Shown: piece after piece, positions 61,356-64,000 of the stretch
How the letters are laid out: each line of letters begins with the position of its first letter
Position numbering within the stretch: the stretch's first letter is position 1
Assembly: GCA_963514005.1 (NCBI GenBank)
Contig: OY740790.1
Location: 15,872,001 to 15,936,000 of the forward strand
Length of the DNA stretch: 64,000 bases
Source of the DNA: Raja brachyura
Lineage: Eukaryota
Reading direction: 5' to 3'
Notes under the pieces: model-generated
What the model was told of the DNA's origin: nothing
Databases searched by the model: none
The model's input: only the letters and a program-made list of their open reading frames with translations
Program-made: the position numbers and the translations under genes

Positions 61356-62639
61356 GTTGCTGCATTAAATGTAAATGGAGTAAATATAGAGAGAATGTTT
61401 TCAATCATGGGAAGAATATGAATAGATGTCCCATTTTACTACATCCACATAGAAATGCAGAAGGAAACTTAGAATAAACCATCTCACCTAAAACATGGTG
61501 AGTCTTGCAACTCACTACCACAGAGAATGGAGAAAGGAATTGAATTGAAGAGAGTTGAGATTTACACTTATAACTTTGGCGGAAGAACAGTGGAAACATT
61601 ATGAGCATTATTTTGGCAGTCTGTTTCTGTGCAGCATATCCAACAGCCCCATGATATCCAAAGTCGCAAGGATAATAATTAGTATATTTCTTTTAGTCTA
61701 TATTATAATTTTTCTTCTTACATTACGCCTTTTCTATGAATGACTTTAAGGAGGACTTGAATGAGTTAAGGATATGTTCTTTTGAGTTATTTTATTTCAT
61801 TAAATGCTCTTGATATTGTCTGTGAAATAAGGTTGATGCTTGTCCTTGGGAACAGAAATAATTCAGTGCATCATTAACATCCCACTCTACACGTGGATAG
61901 ATGCTATAATATCAAATTGTGCATCACAGCTTCTGGGAGATACTTCACACTGTGTTTCAGACGGTTCTCTGAGAAATGGTGTGAACTCTATCCCATATTA
62001 TCCTGGATGATGTACATACTTCACTTCATATGTTACCATCCTGTCTGCTTGCAACAGCTTTGCATAATACCTTGGGACATTGTACACTCATTATTTCATG
62101 GAGATTGATATGCAACGCAATTCTGGAATAGAAGATGGTTGGAAGGTTGTTTTTATTAAAAGATTGACGGGTATGTTTTATCAAAAATGTTGGTTTAATC
62201 TACAAGGGGAATGTTACAAATTAATACAGGGGTAGATGTTCTGAACTTGATTCAAAGTATTTTTCAAAAGCAACCATGGTAGCCATAGTGACCCAATAGT
62301 CTTAGTTCACCCATTAATAGGCAGTAAGGATTAGTAATTCAAAAGGTAAGTCTAGAGCTTTCAATAGGTCACAATCTATGGTTCCTAAACATACCCAGAT
62401 AATTTAACTAAAAACATAAAAAGTTTGCAAAGAAAAGAGAGTAACAACTGCAGTTTATCCGTAACATATGTTATTTTGAATTTGCAGTGAAATCATTGAA
62501 ATTGGTGGGGGTGCCATATAAATTTGAACTTGTTTTCTATAAAAAGAAAACTAAACATTTCTTTAAAAGCCGGATTCATAGAGTTCATAGGTTCATGGAA
62601 TAAAGGAGCTGGTGGCAGCATAGAAATACATATTCAGCT

Positions 62640-64000
62640 GAAGGGCAAAATCAGCATTGTTGCAAAAAGTCATTTTTCAAACCAGGAGCAATAAAGTTCT
62701 CCAGGGGTGAGAGCTAACATCACTGCTTTTTGTGATGCATTTGACATGGCAGTGCTGGGTAAAATTCCTAAATTTGTAGGGATTGCTAAACTTGGCATTA
62801 TGGTATAGATCGAGGACTGTGGCAGACTTCTAGAGGATCATGGACTGACAAGTAGTAGATTATGTTTTTTTTTAAATATGAAGAGGTGCACTTTTGGCAG
62901 AAAGAATGAGGAGATGCAGTACTAGCTAAATTGTACAGTTCTAAAAGATGACACAGAGCGTGGTAGATATATGGAACGAGCTTCCAGTGGATGTAGTTGA
63001 GGCAGGTAAAATAACAACATTTAAAATACATTTGAACAAGTACATGCATAGGAAAGATTTTGAAGAATACGGGGAAAATGCAAGCAAATGGGACTATAAG
63101 ATGGGGCATCTTGGTCAGCATTGACGAGTTGGGCCGAAAGGCCTCTTCCGGTGCTGCATGATTCTATGATTCTCTATGCAGGAACTGTGAGCAGTATGTC
63201 TGCCTCGATCTTTCAATGTGCTGCCATGTAAGAAAGCGTTTAATGAAACTTGTATACTCTGGAATTTAGAAGGATGAGAAGGGATCTTATTGAAACATAT
63301 AAGATTATTAAGGGTTTGGACACACTAGAGGCAGCAAACATGTTCCCAGTGTTGGGGGAGTCCAGAACCAGGGGCCACAGTTTAAGAATAAGGGGTTAGC
63401 CATTTAGAACAGAGATGAGGAAACACATTTTCACACAGAGAGTTGCGAGTCTGTGGAATTCTCTGCCTCAGAGGGCGGTGGAGGCCGGTTCTCTGGATAC
63501 TTTCAAGAGAGAGCTAGATAGGGCTCATAGAGATAGCGGAGTCAGGGGATATGGGGAGAAGGCAGGAACGGGGTACTGATTGTGGATGATCAGCCACAAT
63601 GATTGAATGGCGGTGCTGGTTCGAAGAGCCAAATGGTCTACTCCTGCACCTATTGTCTGTTGTCTATTGAAATCATGAACTTCATAAATAGAGCATAGTT
63701 TACAAATGCATGAAGTGAAATCTTTGTAAAGTGCTGACTAAGCCAAAACCAGAGTATTGCATCCACTTTAGGATGCAATATATCCGAAAACCCTAAGGTG
63801 TGTTGTCGAAGATTTATTTGAATTGTTTGAAAGAGGGATTTTGGACACAAAATTGGACCATAGAAGCTGGGGATTCTATCCTGGATGTATAGAAGGAGAG
63901 GCGATTTGATCAGGTATATGACCATGACTGGTTGACATAGGGTAAGAGAGAGAAGCAGTTACCATAATCAATGGCTGGAGAACCAAGATAGGGAGATTCA
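62640..64000 (+). mobile_element. Cluster of nested CR1 fragments (youngest ~63255-63668)
   Basis: LEFRRMRRDLIETYKII, FTQRVASLWNSLP, GYGEKAGTGY*, (CTATTGT)n tail. Confidence 0.75.

Overview
Eukaryotic (vertebrate) genomic DNA, not prokaryotic. The repeat content (HER1/CR1-like LINEs, HE1-like tRNA SINEs, Penelope-like elements) points to a cartilaginous fish, probably a skate or ray; this is an inference. The whole window lies inside one + strand gene, hemicentin-1 (HMCN1). Fifteen consecutive GT-AG internal exons (2551-60684; 2325 nt, 775 codons, phases all compatible) encode tandem I-set Ig domains. Start and stop codons lie outside the window. The introns hold two defective Passport-like Tc1 transposons in opposite orientation, two inverted copies of a ~1 kb TIR element with 7-bp TSDs, a Harbinger MITE, a hAT MITE, a Gypsy remnant with its 3' LTR, CR1 and Rex1/Babar LINE fragments, Penelope fragments with hammerhead-like cores, and SINEs. 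Best findings: (1) a 136-bp TSD-flanked retroposon whose first 54 nt fold by eye into a minimal CPEB3/HDV-like ribozyme, with the predicted cleavage site at the element's 5' end; (2) an inverted intronic copy of one of the gene's own exons with both splice sites, bracketing an in-frame 573-nt three-exon block; (3) inverted TE pairs bracketing in-frame Ig exon modules. Everything was read by eye; no alignments, folding programs or searches were run.
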